Source of the DNA: Asterias rubens
Lineage: Eukaryota
NCBI RefSeq assembly: GCF_902459465.1
Contig: NC_047071.1
Location: forward strand, 3,596,001-3,660,000
Direction of reading: 5' to 3'
DNA: 64,000 nt
The translations under genes and the position numbers were made by a program. The notes under the pieces were generated by a model. It was not told the DNA's origin and searched no databases. It saw only the letters and a program-made list of their open reading frames with translations. Shown here piece by piece: positions 36,353 to 49,900 of this stretch. Every line of letters starts with the position of its first letter. Within the stretch, counting starts at the first letter, position 1.

Positions 36353-37173
36353 TTAAAACAGTAACCATATAGCAGTAGTTGCCATGGTAACGGTGCTTAG
36401 CAACCATAATGAAGCAGTCCTCCCATTGGCTGAATTACATAAATCTCCTTCACAACAAGAGATGCAGGCACCAGTACCAAAGGTCAACCAGCAACCAGCC
36501 TCACATTTAGGTACACATTTACGATCCATGAAATACTTCTCATCCATCACGTACGATTTCTTGGTCTGTGAATCGAAACCGAGAACTATTTAATTCCTCC
36601 CCCAAAAAGATCAATGTATTCCATCTCCAAAATAACTACAAGTTATGATTGTTCACAGTCTCCTGTCTCACGTGTTAAATGAAAAGAGTTCTAAGCAAAA
36701 CTTTGAAACGTTACTGGAACCAAAAAGGAATCCAATAGCAAAGATAAGTTTTATTGTTGATATAATATTGGGTGTTATCTTGTTTATTGAGTGAATTAAC
36801 AGAAGGGGTCACCCTACCATGCATATGCCGTTACATACAGCTGTGGGTGGTGTATTAACTGATAAATCTAACATCTCGCCGCAGTATTCAAGGTCTGCTA
36901 CCAAGTCGCAGTCGGAGCCACAGTTTGGCGGTCTGGCCAATACACCATTACAGGAATAACACTCGGTCTCTGAGATTACAATCATGAAGTTCAATAAGTT
37001 TTAGCAGGAATGTTAAAATATCAAGCTTATTCTACTTTGAAATTAATATAAGTTTTCATCAACTGTGACTTTGTAAACCAATTAATCAATCGACCAAATC
37101 AAAAAGTAACCTTACGTTTCGCGTCAGTTGCCGAAGCAAGGCACAAGACAATGCCTAGAAGGAGCAACACCAT
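36353..37173 (-). CDS. Ly6/uPAR (three-finger) GPI-anchored protein, copy a (140 aa)
   Basis: Exons 37173-37116 (signal MVLLLLGIVLCLASATDA), 36969-36818 (ECYSC..C..C), 36565-36353 (CCEGDLCN plus hydrophobic GPI-type tail). This is the typical 3-exon Ly6 layout. Confidence 0.9.
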
Positions 37174-37639
37174 CTCGAGAGCACACCTGGCCTTCTTGGA
37201 AAACAAATGAAGATATAGACAGACAAAGTTAAGTCAAAACAACTTGAAGTTGCAGATGAACACAACGTAACATCAATAGTAGTTAGTACAAAACAGTTTG
37301 TAAAGAATCGTCCACTTATTTAAAACCTCACCTGAGTTTGTCTTGAGAGCCTACTGTATTTTAAACCCGTTACTTAATTTGAACAACGTTGATGCAAACT
37401 TCCTAAATCCCCATAGTATTATTTTTGTGTATTATGTGGTTTTTTTTATTTAGTGCGCGCGACACAAAATCGTTCCGTGCGCGTTGAGAGCAACAGACTT
37501 TCGGCCTTAGTTTTACCACGTGTGCGTCTGCGTGTCTTACACGCGATTCAGTCCAGACGCACAAACTGCCACACCCGGAAATGGCGCGCGCTCCCCTGGT
37601 AATTCACCTGCAAAATATCAACAGAGATTATGGGTAGAA

Positions 37640-37890
37640 GATCGTACCAAACACACGGCAACGATCGTTTCACTAGATCTAAGACATCATAGAAAAGATC
37701 AAGGAACCTAAATAGAGATAGGCGAGACATATATCAAGAAGATGGCAACAGATGGACCAAGAGACTAAACTGAATGGCAACGAAATGGAAACAGAAGAAG
37801 AGGAAAACCGAAGAGAAGATGTAGAGATGAAATCTAAGCTAAACAAAACAACATGGAACTGACAAGAAAGAGAAGTGAATGGTAATTGTT
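37640..37890 (+). mobile_element. Degenerate RTE LINE 3' fragment
   Basis: Broken frames give DGNRWTKR / TEWQRNGNRRRGKPKRRCRDEI / RSEW, which resembles the RTE ORF C-terminus. Confidence 0.6.
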
Positions 37891-38967
37891 TGGTGATGAA
37901 TGTCATTGGTGTAAAATTGAGGAAACAGATTGCTGGGTTTTTTTTATTGGGGGGGGGGGTGGGGGAATCACTTTTGAAACATCTGCATTTACAGAGAAGT
38001 CTTGGAAGATGTAAAATTGTCACTTTATTTAAATCCAAAGTACTGCCAAGAAGATACATCAATACATAACTTGTACAAGACAAACGGATGTTAAAAAAAG
38101 CCAGGTCGCTTTGGAAACGCCATTTATTAACAGTCTCGGATTGTACAAGTAACTTTAAACAATTAAGATTTTAAAATTGACCACGATTATAAAGACTCTC
38201 GCTTCACACTATACAAGTGTAATAGTTGTTACATAATTCTGGTGAAAATTTGAACAAACCTTTTTTGTACAACTTTTGAAAACTTGGTACAACAAACTTT
38301 TGACCCAAACAGAATTAGCTGAGCACAATTTAATCAAGTGGTGAGCAGAAAACTGTGCTTAGCATATTTGTCTGCTCATAAAAAAATGCAGGCAATTGGC
38401 TTAATAATAACTTTATGAAAGTGGTCCCTTCTAATCACACCATTATGCTAGCTAAAAGAAAACACAATGTAATGTTCGTTCAGAAAAATTTGTGACATAC
38501 AACTTTTGTGAATGGAAGCAACTAAGATACTATAGTGCTTAACAATTCTATGAAACTAGTCTTATGGCTCATAATAAACAACAGATATTAAAAACTGTTT
38601 ATTTAATCAAAAGTTCACAGTTAGTAACAAGTTTTCATGAAAACAAGGTGGGAACTGCTTCCACTTGCCAAAAAAAGTTATGAAGTGACACTCCGTCCTG
38701 TCAGTTCTCATAAAAACAAAAACAGACACTTCCTGCCAAATCTCAAAACTTGGTTAATTTGCTCATCAAATAGATAAGAATAAGAAACAAAATTCAAAAG
38801 TCACTTAATTGGGGTCATTTAGGCAAGTCTTTCTCAACATATAGAATACTTAAAACATCACATGAACACATAGATATCATGGCTAATGTTTTGGTTGTCT
38901 TCACTTAAATTGCCATTTTACCAATACAAGAAATGCAAAATAAGATGCATGGCTTCACATTTTATTC

Positions 38968-40618
38968 TCAATTTAAGAATCTACAAGCTTGAACTTGAAG
39001 AATTGTCATGAAAACAGTGAACCATTTTACATAGTTACGGGTGATGGTTACTGCATTGTTACACAAATAATCTTGGCAACAATAATAACAATGGCTAGCT
39101 AGCTGTTCATCTTTAACACATCCATCTTGACATTGAGGGGCGCAACCTCTGACGATAGTTATCTTCTGTTCAATCATGTAGATTATTACTTTCTTTAAGA
39201 GAAGATGAAGAAGAAAAAGACACTGGGTTAAACAATTATGATATATTGTACATGTTTCGTTTCTATTTTATTGTTTTATTTAAACAAAGTGGCATTTGAC
39301 CGTTAATCTTTTGGATTTGGGAACTTGTGAATTTGTGACCCGCTACATGAAAATGAGTCAGATGTCGCCCAATGCATTATTAAGTTATGGACAGTTTAAT
39401 GTGGAAAATATTTTTAAAATGTATTTTTTTTATTTTATTTATTATTACTTTTTAAGATCTATATTTGCATGGTTAACCTTTAGAACACTTACTTTTAGTT
39501 AATAAAGCTACGAGTAAAACAATTTTGTGATCATACTTGTGTCTAATTTGTATCCTTTTGCGCAAAATGATAGTATAAAACATCACTTTACTTGTAATTC
39601 GTTTGTCAGAAAAAAATAATGTATTGGCCAATTTCAAACGGAAGTAACTCAGCAACGCGATACACCCCAAAGCTTAGACATATACCAAATTGCTGCTGTT
39701 GGTGTGTTCTTTCCAGCCAGGCATATAACTAAATCCTTGAAATTGTCAACATCTGACTCATTTTCACGTAGCGGTTCACATTTATTCTCATGGGACACAG
39801 ATGAGTACCTCTGTCAGCTCAATCAGTAAAAGAGTGTTAGATAGAGGAGTGCCTGGGTGTCTTTTTGACACTTTTGGACACCATATTTTTCAATTCGGAC
39901 ACCCTGTTTTATCTGTCATTTACATGTAAATGTACTATGTAAGTGAACGATTTGGAGACCCTTTTTTTTATTTCTATCACATTTTGACCCTTGTATTTTG
40001 TAGTTGTACAAAATCCTGGCTAAACCGGAGCCACTCTGGAACTAGTGGTTTGTTAAAGGTTTTGTATTTCTTCATCTAAATCTTCTGGAGACAAGCACAA
40101 ATGAAAAGGAAATGAATCCTTAGGCCTATGTTAGTATATTTTTTTATTTATGACAAATTGATTAATGAACTTACAGCACAAACGGTCTGGTTGGTACAAG
40201 TTGTTGTGTTAATGATGTCATCATGATATAATGTATCCCCACAATTATTATTTGCATCTCCCAGAGTTCCTTCACATTGGTAGCACTCAATTTCTAGAAA
40301 ACAAACACAGAAAGAAATGCTTAAGTTTTTAGTCTATTGCAAAACAGCATTAAAAGAGAGAGTATTTTTACCTCCACCTGCCCCTGCCAGAAACGTCAAG
40401 ACCAAACTGGAACTATATTCTTAGCCCACAGTCCCACAAAAGAGATATGCAAAAACAATTATTCACCACTTTAGAAATATCAGAAGGGAGAAGGCAGTGT
40501 TTTACGTACCTGAGTCTGAGACAGTGTCATTGGGATTGATGTTTGCTGTTGTGTGAACTAGTGTAGTTGCCGACCAAACAAACAATCCGATGAAAAGGGA
40601 AAAGCTTACGTTCAACAT
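38968..40618 (-). CDS. Ly6/uPAR (three-finger) protein, copy b (150 aa)
   Basis: Exons 40618-40510 (signal MLNVSFSLFIGLFVWSATT), 40293-40175 (ECYQC..C..C..C), 39192-38968 (RGC..CCQDYLCN plus hydrophobic tail). Phases are consistent. Confidence 0.9.
39337..39780. mobile_element. TIR element in Ly6-b intron 2
   Basis: TGTGACCCGCTACATGAAAATGAGTCAGATGT ... ACATCTGACTCATTTTCACGTAGCGGTTCACA. Confidence 0.75.
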
Positions 40619-40962
40619 TCTCGCCTTTAGTTTTATCCTTTGGAGGTCCTCACAATTAAGTTGTTTTCTTCCCGATGTCGATGAAGGAAGGATCCGTTAC
40701 GGAAGCTTATTGATAAGTGTTTCAAATCTAACGAAGTTGTTAAAAAAGAAGTTTTCCGGACAGTTCTTATATTTATACTGCACACGTCCTCCCCCGCATG
40801 CGCAGCACAAAAAGTTTCAACTCAAATAATTTAGCATGAAAGCTTCAACAGAGGGCGCTACAGTTTTCGTCAGTAATAAAGTATCCAACAATAAACAGCC
40901 GTAGTTTTATTTACAAACAACAGTCGTCGCGAACAGTCTCTGCAGATGAGAGAGAGGTCAAC
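40619..40962. promoter_or_regulatory. Bidirectional promoter region Ly6-b / NAA35
   Basis: The start codons face away from each other ~345 bp apart. CpGs are enriched and a CTCF-like CAACAGAGGGCGCTA lies at ~40846. Confidence 0.6.
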
Positions 40963-43900
40963 ATGGCAGACGAAAATCAGTTAGATTTGTCATCTTCGGC
41001 AAGTTCAAGTCAGACTTCTGATCAAAAGTAAGTCAAATGTGTTATTCTGTGTGTGTTCCGTTCTATGCAGTGTAGCTGTGTAATGATAAAGGATGTCTAG
41101 TTTTCGATCGGTTCATTCAACTTCATCACATCATGATGAGGCACACATCGGAATCCACAAGCAAAATCAATTTTGTGTTGTGTACATTTTGTTATTGACC
41201 AGTTGCGATATTATTTATATTATTTGTTCTTTCAGTAGTATAGGCATGGTAAGGTTTGGTAGGCATAGCTAGCTAGAGAAGCTAGCTAGTACAGTAGGGA
41301 AAAGTGTCCGTATGGCGCCACCACTTTTTTATTAGATATGAAATAATACTTGCACTTTGTCTAGCAGTAGCACCAGTTGAGTTCCAGTTGTTTTGTCTTC
41401 ATCACCTTCAGTTTCTTCAGTTTTGTTTTTCTGTTAGTTAACACTTTTGTGTCCGATCTGCACTGCATCAACAATCAAGCACCCCTGGCCTTATGTCCTC
41501 ACTTAAGGGTTTTGCCGAGTACCAACGTAAACGTATAGTATCTAATTTACATTCAAATTGAGGCTCAGACAATGAGGAGATATCCCTTTTGTAAAAATGA
41601 GTGAAAAAGTGGTGGCGCCATACAGAAAGTTATCCGCTAGTAGTAGCCTAGAGTAGTACTACTACTACTATATAGACATGTGTAGTTGCGATCCCCTCAC
41701 CCTTGCTTGGCCTCATAACATTTCTTTCCGTTGGGAACCGCTGGCAAACAGCATGCAAGGAGGGTTCTGATCTTCGCAAACTTGCTATCTACCTACGATT
41801 GTACGATACGAGTTCGACACAGTTACGACAGGATGGCAAACAATGAAATATTGCAAAATGTTTGTCGTACAAAACTGTTCTTACTGTTTATTGTGTTCCA
41901 CTTTTCAATAGGTTAATTATGCAACAAGAAGACAAACCTGCCAACAAATGTGACTTCAATGACAGGCCAAATATTGTCGAAATGAGAGGTGAGGCTTTTA
42001 TAGTTAGACATAACAATTGAACTTTGAAGATTAAACTTGGAGTTGTTATGGTAAATAGTTGCGATTTTCAGAAAAATGTTTTGATTGAGTATTAATTAAA
42101 ACGATCATAAGGCAAAGATTCCACATCTGACTACAATCTTTTCACTCACGAGTCATAGAGGCCTATAGGCTTACATTGTATACCCAATCTTACATTACAA
42201 TGACCCATTGTACGATGAGAATGACAGTGGTGTTGAAAAAAAGAGCTGTATGCATCATGATATAATGTACCACACACCAGCTCTCAGAAACGTGTAATGC
42301 TTACCAGCTTATTTCTCTATGTTTCATTAGGAATGAAATTAAAACTTTATTCTTTACCGAATTTGTATTTGGGTTTATTATTTTTTTCAGAGGCTCAAGG
42401 CATCAAGTATAACTGGGTCGATATCACCGAGGAATTCACTGAAGCAGCATCTCAACTTGAGATGGGGGAACTCTTACATGATGCAAAGTAATGTACCCAG
42501 TTATTGGTACACAGAAACCCATATCCCAGTATGGGATTAGGGTGAGGGTGGGTAGAGAGGAATTCACTGAAGCAGCATCTCAACTTGAGATGGGGGAACT
42601 CTTACATGATGCAAAGTAATGTACCCAGTTATTGGTACACAGAAACCCATATCCCAGTAGGAGCTTAGGGTGAGGGTGGGTAGAGAGGAATTCACTGAAG
42701 CAGCATCTCAACTTGAGATGGGGGAACTCTTACATGATGCAAAGTAATGTACCCAGTTATTGGTACACAGAAACCCATATCCCAGTAGGGGATTAGGGTG
42801 AGGGTGGGTAGAGAGGAATTCACTGAAGCAGCATCTCAACTTGAGATGGGGGAACTCTTACATGATGCAAAGTAATGTACCCAGTTATTGGTACCCAGAA
42901 ACCCATATCCCAGTAGGGGATTAGGGTGAGGGTGGGTAGAGAGGAATTCACTGAAGCAGCATCTCAACTTGAGATGGGGGAACTCTTACATGATGCAAAG
43001 TAATGTACCCAGTTATTGGTACCCAGAAACCCATATCCCAGTAGGAGCTTAGGGTGAGGGTGGATAGAGAGGAGTTTGCAGTATTTCAAGTTGAGCCAGA
43101 GGAGGAATGGTTGTTTGATGGGAATGTCTGGGATTGAGATTACATCCCTTCTCATCTACCTTGTAGAAACTATAATTTTTGTCTTTCTTTCTCTACCCTA
43201 GCTTTGGTTTATTTGAGGCAATGTCCGCCATTGAGATGATGGACCCAAAGATGGATGCCGGAATGATGTGCAACCAAACTGGACGCCAAGTCATGGGTAT
43301 GGAGCAGTCAATACAACACAGAGGACTCAAGATTAAAGACTTGTCTCCGGATGAGATCATTGGGATCATCGATAACACTCTAGCTTGTATTGTAAGTATC
43401 TCTTAGCAAGTCTTAAGACGATAGGGGTCAGGGAAGGGGTTGGGGGTGAAATGGTCAACTGATACAGCAAGGAGTAAAGAAAAGCTAGGCTTAATTGGTA
43501 TACAGGCATTTATACACACTCCGTTTCTTATGTTGACGGTACTTTTATTATACACATTGTCTAAACTCTGTTTAAAGTTTGTAAAGATCTGTTTGTATTA
43601 TTTGGCTTTAAGAGAATGGAACGCACTGACAAAGGAGGTGGAGGGGTGGGGATGGAGTTAGATGGCAGTAGTATACATACCAATCTGAAGAGAAACTACG
43701 CTGCTTATGATCTATGTACCAAAGTGAATTTCTGTTTAGAAGTGCTATTTATTTATTTATTTGTTTATTTATTTCCAGGCAAACAATACATACAAAGAAT
43801 AGGCAATAAAAAATAAGACTACACAGAGAACAAGCCTGCGGATAACCAAAAAGCGAAAATAATCACTATCTAAAGGCGATCCAGACAATAAAAATAACAA

Positions 43901-46900
43901 CGGCACAAAAGGGACAAAGACGACATAAAAATTGCACATCAAAGTAATGTTTATTTGTAGTTTATTTGAAACCTTTGTAACCTTATTGCGTTCAACTGTT
44001 TCTGTTTCAGGCTACATGGTTAGAAGGTCATTCTCTTGCCCAGACAGTCTTCACCAATCTCTACACTCATAATCCTGATCTTATAGAGGATCGAGGTACT
44101 AGAGCTTTCACATTAGCCGCTCTCAAAATAGTAGATATCATCAAAGATAAAGTAGTCAGAGCTTCGGTGTTTGAAGAGGTAAGACCAGGGCTCACCAGCC
44201 AAACCTTCCAGGGTCTAGGAGGGAGAATGTGTTTGTTATAACACATCTGATTATGGCTTGAAGTTTGAAATTTCCCCGAAAGTAAATCTCCTATCTATTG
44301 ATGGCACTTTGATCTGTGGATAGAATTTGACGTACCCACAAGGGTTTTGGTTACAGGGCTAGAATTGCCCGCTAGTAGGGTTGTGGATATGGGGTTGAAC
44401 ATTCACCATCAGCGATTATGGGTATGAGGTTGGAATTACCCACTAGTTGGGTTGTGGATATGGGGTTGAACACTCACCATCAGAGATTATGGGTATGGGG
44501 TTGGAATTGCCCACTAGTTGGGTTGTGGATATGGGGTTGAACATTCACCATCAGAGATTATGAGTATGGGGTTGGAATTGCCCACTAGTTGGGTTGTGGA
44601 TATGGGGTTGGACATTCACCATCAGAGATTATGGGTATGAGGTTGGAATTGCCCACTAGTTGGGTTGTGGATATGGGGTTGAACATTCACCATCAGAGAT
44701 TATGGGTATGGGGTTGGAATTGCCCACTAGTTGGGTTGTGGATATGGGGTTGGACATTCACCATCAGAGATTATGGGTATGGGGTTGGAATTGCCCACTA
44801 GTTGGGTTGTGGATATGGGGTTGAACAATCACCATCAGAGATTATGGGTATGGGGTTGGAATTACCCACTAGTTGGGTTGTGGATATGGGGTTGGACATT
44901 CACCATCAGAGATTATGGGTATGGCGTTGGAATTACCCACTAGTTGGGTTGTGGATATGGGGTTGGACATTCACCATCAGAGATTATGGGTATGGGGTTG
45001 GAATTGCCCACTAGTTGGGTTGTGGATATGGGGTTGGACATTCACCATCAGAGATTATGGGTATGGGGTTGGAATTGCCCACTAGGGTTTTTGACATACC
45101 CACTGTGTGTCAAGCAGAGTGTAATGAATAATAATATTATCAAACTCAATCTCATAGTGATTCCCTTTTTACAGATTGCGATTTTACAATTCTCTCTCCC
45201 GAGAAACCTTTTCACTGACACCTTAAAGTTATTTAGTTATTTATGTCAGTTAATCTGTGCCAGGATTAATCTAACCTTATGTGAATTTTGACAGGAGGAT
45301 TTTCAGTCCATGACGTATGGGTTTAAGCTCGCTCATAATGTGACAGATCTAAGAGTAGCTGGAATGCTGAGAGAAGTTGAGGAAGAATTCAACAGAAGGA
45401 TTAAGGTCAGTTAAAGAAAAATATTGAACAGTTATCTGAATATATTGATATATGAACTTGGACTGGGAGTAACCACATAATTATCAACATTATTCCCAAA
45501 TCCTTCTGAAACCCCTGTAATGTCTGACAGTAATGAGGCACTATACAACCATGGCAATGTCAGTTTTTAAAAACAATGACAAATACAATATTCTCTTGTG
45601 TTTCTCAGAGTACAAGAAGCAGACAGGGAGAGGTGAGAGAGCCAGCAACTGAGCAAGAGGTAAGAGTGAAATAACTTTATAAAATGACTTCTTTGGTTTG
45701 GGCCATTTCAAGAAAACAAAGTTACAGTTCATTTATTTATTATTATTACTCGTTTATTAAAAATGCAAACATGGCGGCCAAAAAGCCGAATTGCGGATGC
45801 ATATGAACAAAGAGTAAAAATACAACAATTATTACTATAAGTCTACCGTAAAACTACCGTAGTGAAGAAGTTGTTTCTGTCGTAGTCCAGGAGTGGATTT
45901 CAGCAGTTAAGATTAGACTTAGTTAGGACGAGTTACCTAACTTCAGACTAGCCTTAAGTTTCTAATAACTTCTAAAGAGTCTTGGGACTAGTCCTAAATT
46001 AGGACTGTCTTTGTTTAACTGACCTTGGGATATTTATTGTACTTGTACTTCCAAATAAGGTACTAAATAATAATATGTTTATCAACTTTTTATGTTTTGA
46101 TTTTGATTGCAGCATGAGCAGTGTGTTGCCGTTCAGTGTCGAATAAAGTTTATCAGAATGTTTTACACGGCACTCTTGGCATTAAATAAGAAAGAGGTAA
46201 GTTCAAGATCCAATCAATACAAGGACAATGAGAGTTGACATTGTAATAAATAAACTTGTGATTGATAGTAATTTGGAAACTACTCTCTGCTTGTTCTATG
46301 CAATGTTCAAAAGACCAGACTTCTAGGCCATGTGTTCATAATTCATTGTGGCTATGTCAATTAAAGACAGTGGACACTATTGGTAATTGTCAAAGACTAG
46401 CCTTCACAGTTGATGTATCTCAACATATGCATAAAATAACAAACATGTGAAAATTTGAGCTCAATCGTACATCGAACTTGCCAGATAATAATGAAAGAAA
46501 AAAACACCCATGTTACACGAAGTTGTGTGCGTTTAGATGGTTGATTTCGAGACCTCAAGTTCTAAATCTGAGGTCTTGAAATCAAATTCGTGGGAAAGTA
46601 CGTCTTTCTCTAAAACTATAGCACTTCAGAGGGAGCTGTTTCTCACAATGTTGTATACCATCAACCTTTCCCCATTACTTGTCACCAAGAAAGGTTTTAT
46701 GCTAAAAAAACAATTTGAATAATTACCAATAGTGTCCACTGCCTTTAAGTTGCTGCTTCCTAAAACAGTAATAAAGAAGCCAACTTCAATAGATCTAGCC
46801 CTTATTCACTCAAGTCCGACATTGCTAAATAGCCAAGTTATGATTTCATCTTTGTTTGACTTTTGACCTTTTTTTTTTACCTTTGTTTTGACCTAGGTCA

Positions 46901-49900
46901 AGCAGGGTGTGGAGGAGGCAAGAAAGCTTCTGATCCAAGCCGGTGATCTCCTTCCTATAATCAAGAAATCTATTCATCTAGGAATTCAACCCACTAAGTC
47001 TGAGAGCCAAGGGGATCAAGAAAAAGCATCAGGTATTCTTTACAAACAGTTTTATGTTTTATGCTCAACTTCAATGATAACAACGGTCTACAAAACTTCT
47101 ACAAACTTGAGTTACATTTGTAACTATTGGTACTTGTCAAAGACTAGTCTTCACAGTTGGTGTGTGCATTCTTTACAGGTATTATTTACAAACAGTTTTA
47201 TGTTTTATGCTCAACTTCAATGATAACAACGGTCTACAAAACTTCTACAAACTTGAGTTACATTTGTAACTATTGGTACTTGTCAAAGACTAGTCTTCAC
47301 AGTTGGTGTGTGCATTCTTTACAGGTATTATTTACAAACAGTTTTATGTTTTATGCTCAACTTCAATGATAACAACGGTCTACAAAACTTCTACAAACTT
47401 GAGTTACATTTGTAACTATTGGTACTTGTCAAAGACTAGTCTTCACAGTTGGTGTGTGCATTCTTTACAGGTATTATTTACAAACAGTTTTATGTTTTAT
47501 GCTCAACTTGAATGATAACAACGGTTTACAAAACTTGACTTACTTTTGTTTTTATTATAATTTGTTTTACAATTGTAACTTCTTGTAGATTTACCATTAA
47601 TCATGGGTTTTGAGCCGCTTGTCAACCAGAGACTACTTCCTCCAACCTTCCCTCGATACTCCAAGATTATCGATCGTCCAGCTGCAGTCAAATACTTTGA
47701 AGGTCTCATAGTTCGATTAAAATCTGTTTGTGAAGTCACAAATCTCAGCGCCTTCCATGCTATTATGGTAAGAATTTTCTCAAATATTAAGAGTAGATTC
47801 ATGAAAATCAAATTCTTTGTTATGTTTGTTTGTCGTTCACATTTCATCAAGTCAACTAATACTATCACACCATGCCATAAACACAGAGGCAAATCCCTTC
47901 TCTTTACGATAAAAGCACTTGATTCTTTTACGAGCATAACACAACACACAGGACCTACAGCTTTACGTCTCATCCAAAGGACGAAGCATCATGGTTTAGT
48001 GTCTTGCTCAAGGACAAAACTGAGATGTGAACCCACACTCTACTGATCAGAAACACAAGAGCTCAAGTCAAGTGAGCTAGACTGCTCTACCTAGGAATAA
48101 CACAATATATCAATCAACTATTTATACTTGTGTTGTTTTTTAGCATTTTGCTCCGTGCAGAAATTTTGCTAAGAAAATGAATCCCTCATGATCCACAGCC
48201 ATCAATCATGTGACATGATATTTTCACCCAACTTTTGAATTGTATCTTTCATTTATCACTTTCTTATTTCTGATTGACATTCTTGTAGTCTAATGTTTCT
48301 TCCGTTATTTTTTATTTATTTCAGGATATGATTGGTGAATTCAGTAAACATTGTCCCTGTGTCTTATCTCGTTCCATTCTTCAACTCATCTTCCTTCCGT
48401 TTAACAATAAGAAGGTATTTGGGACTGAGCTAGTTCAAGAGTCTCTACGAGATTGCATCCGTTCTTTTGTGTATCCTCCCGCTCTTATCCAAAAGTCACC
48501 GATCTACAACAACCCTCAAGTTAAGGAGATGGTCGATTCGTTGTTACTGCATGCCGTCAGGGTACGTTGTTAATCAGAAAAATAATAATAGTTTCTTATA
48601 TAAAACTTATATCCATCACATTGTGGCACTCATAAGGCGCTTCAACATTCAGTATTTTCCTGCAAGGTTTTATAGAGCTAGTTTTTCAAGTATGAGACCA
48701 GTTACTTTACATACCACCTTACGGTTTACAAGGTGATGTGGCATAATATGCAACCAATCAAACTAGGAACATTGCGGAAAACCCCTTCTCTTTACAATAA
48801 GTGCACTGGGTTCTTTAACATGCATTACGGGATCACTCACTGTACATCTTTTCTAAAGGCCTCCAACCCACACTCAGATTTTGAGTCTGGTGCTCTTATC
48901 ATCATGGTTAGGGTTAGGGTCGGAGCCAAACAGCCCCACAAGATAAAATCCCACTCAAAACTGCTCCCAAACTAGTTGCTTCATAGTGTGTTGTGGTGCA
49001 CTTCTTCGGAAAGGAGAGACGCTGCTTATGGATTGGTGTAACTTTTGTTAAAATATTAGTATTATTTTGCAAGTGAACGAAAACAAAATGTTTGTTTAGG
49101 TTTCTAGTCCGGATAAGTCATCAGGAAAACTTTTGGAAAACGCAATTTTAATGGTTTTACAATATTTTATTTTACAGCCAATGTGTACCATAATTCAGAT
49201 TCAAGGTCATAATCGAGCCAGACAGAGAGATAAACTTGGACAAGTCTTAGAAGAACTCTCCAACCTTCAAGATGAGGTAAAAAAATCAACAAGACACTCG
49301 AAAATATATTTGTTTATTGCTGTTACAACACAACTAGACACCTGAAGTCAATTCCAACCCCCTCTCTCCTCTCTTGTCTCTTGGCAAAAAAATTGTAAAA
49401 TTCCCACAATCCACACAGAAAATTCATCATCAATCCTCGACCAATAAAAGTCTGAATCTGAACCTGAATTTAAGCTATATAATTGGCAAAGCATCCTAAT
49501 GGAAACACAACACCAATTTTATTCTGATAATTCAATGAAGAAATTTCAGTTCTAGACGAGGGAGAAAATCCACTGTATTAAAAGGCAGGGACATAAACCA
49601 CTGAGCCAAGAACCGGGCCGGGCATCGAACCTGCCCTCGATTTCACAAAGAGTTAGGACTCGTCTTATCTCGAGTTAGGACGAGTAACTCTTCCTAACTT
49701 AGGATTAATCTTAAGGTCTGCATGCTACAGTGCAGGGTTGGGACTTGTCCTAAGTCCTAAGATTAGTCTTAAGTTAGGAAGAGTTTTGTGAAATCGACGG
49801 CAGGGTCCATAGAGGTGAAAGGCAGGGACAGAAACCACTAAGCCAACCTGACTACCCCTCGATGTCTGACTCTCTGAACATTCAGAATGATTTTGCTTAA

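Noticed and set aside
44589-45291. Overlapping 70-115-aa ORFs ([13 protein letters not shown]...)
   Set aside because: They are by-products of the 71-bp minisatellite inside an NAA35 intron and start at non-ATG codons.
47157-47515. Duplicated 70-aa ORFs ([14 protein letters not shown]...)
   Set aside because: They come from the 146-bp intronic tandem repeat.
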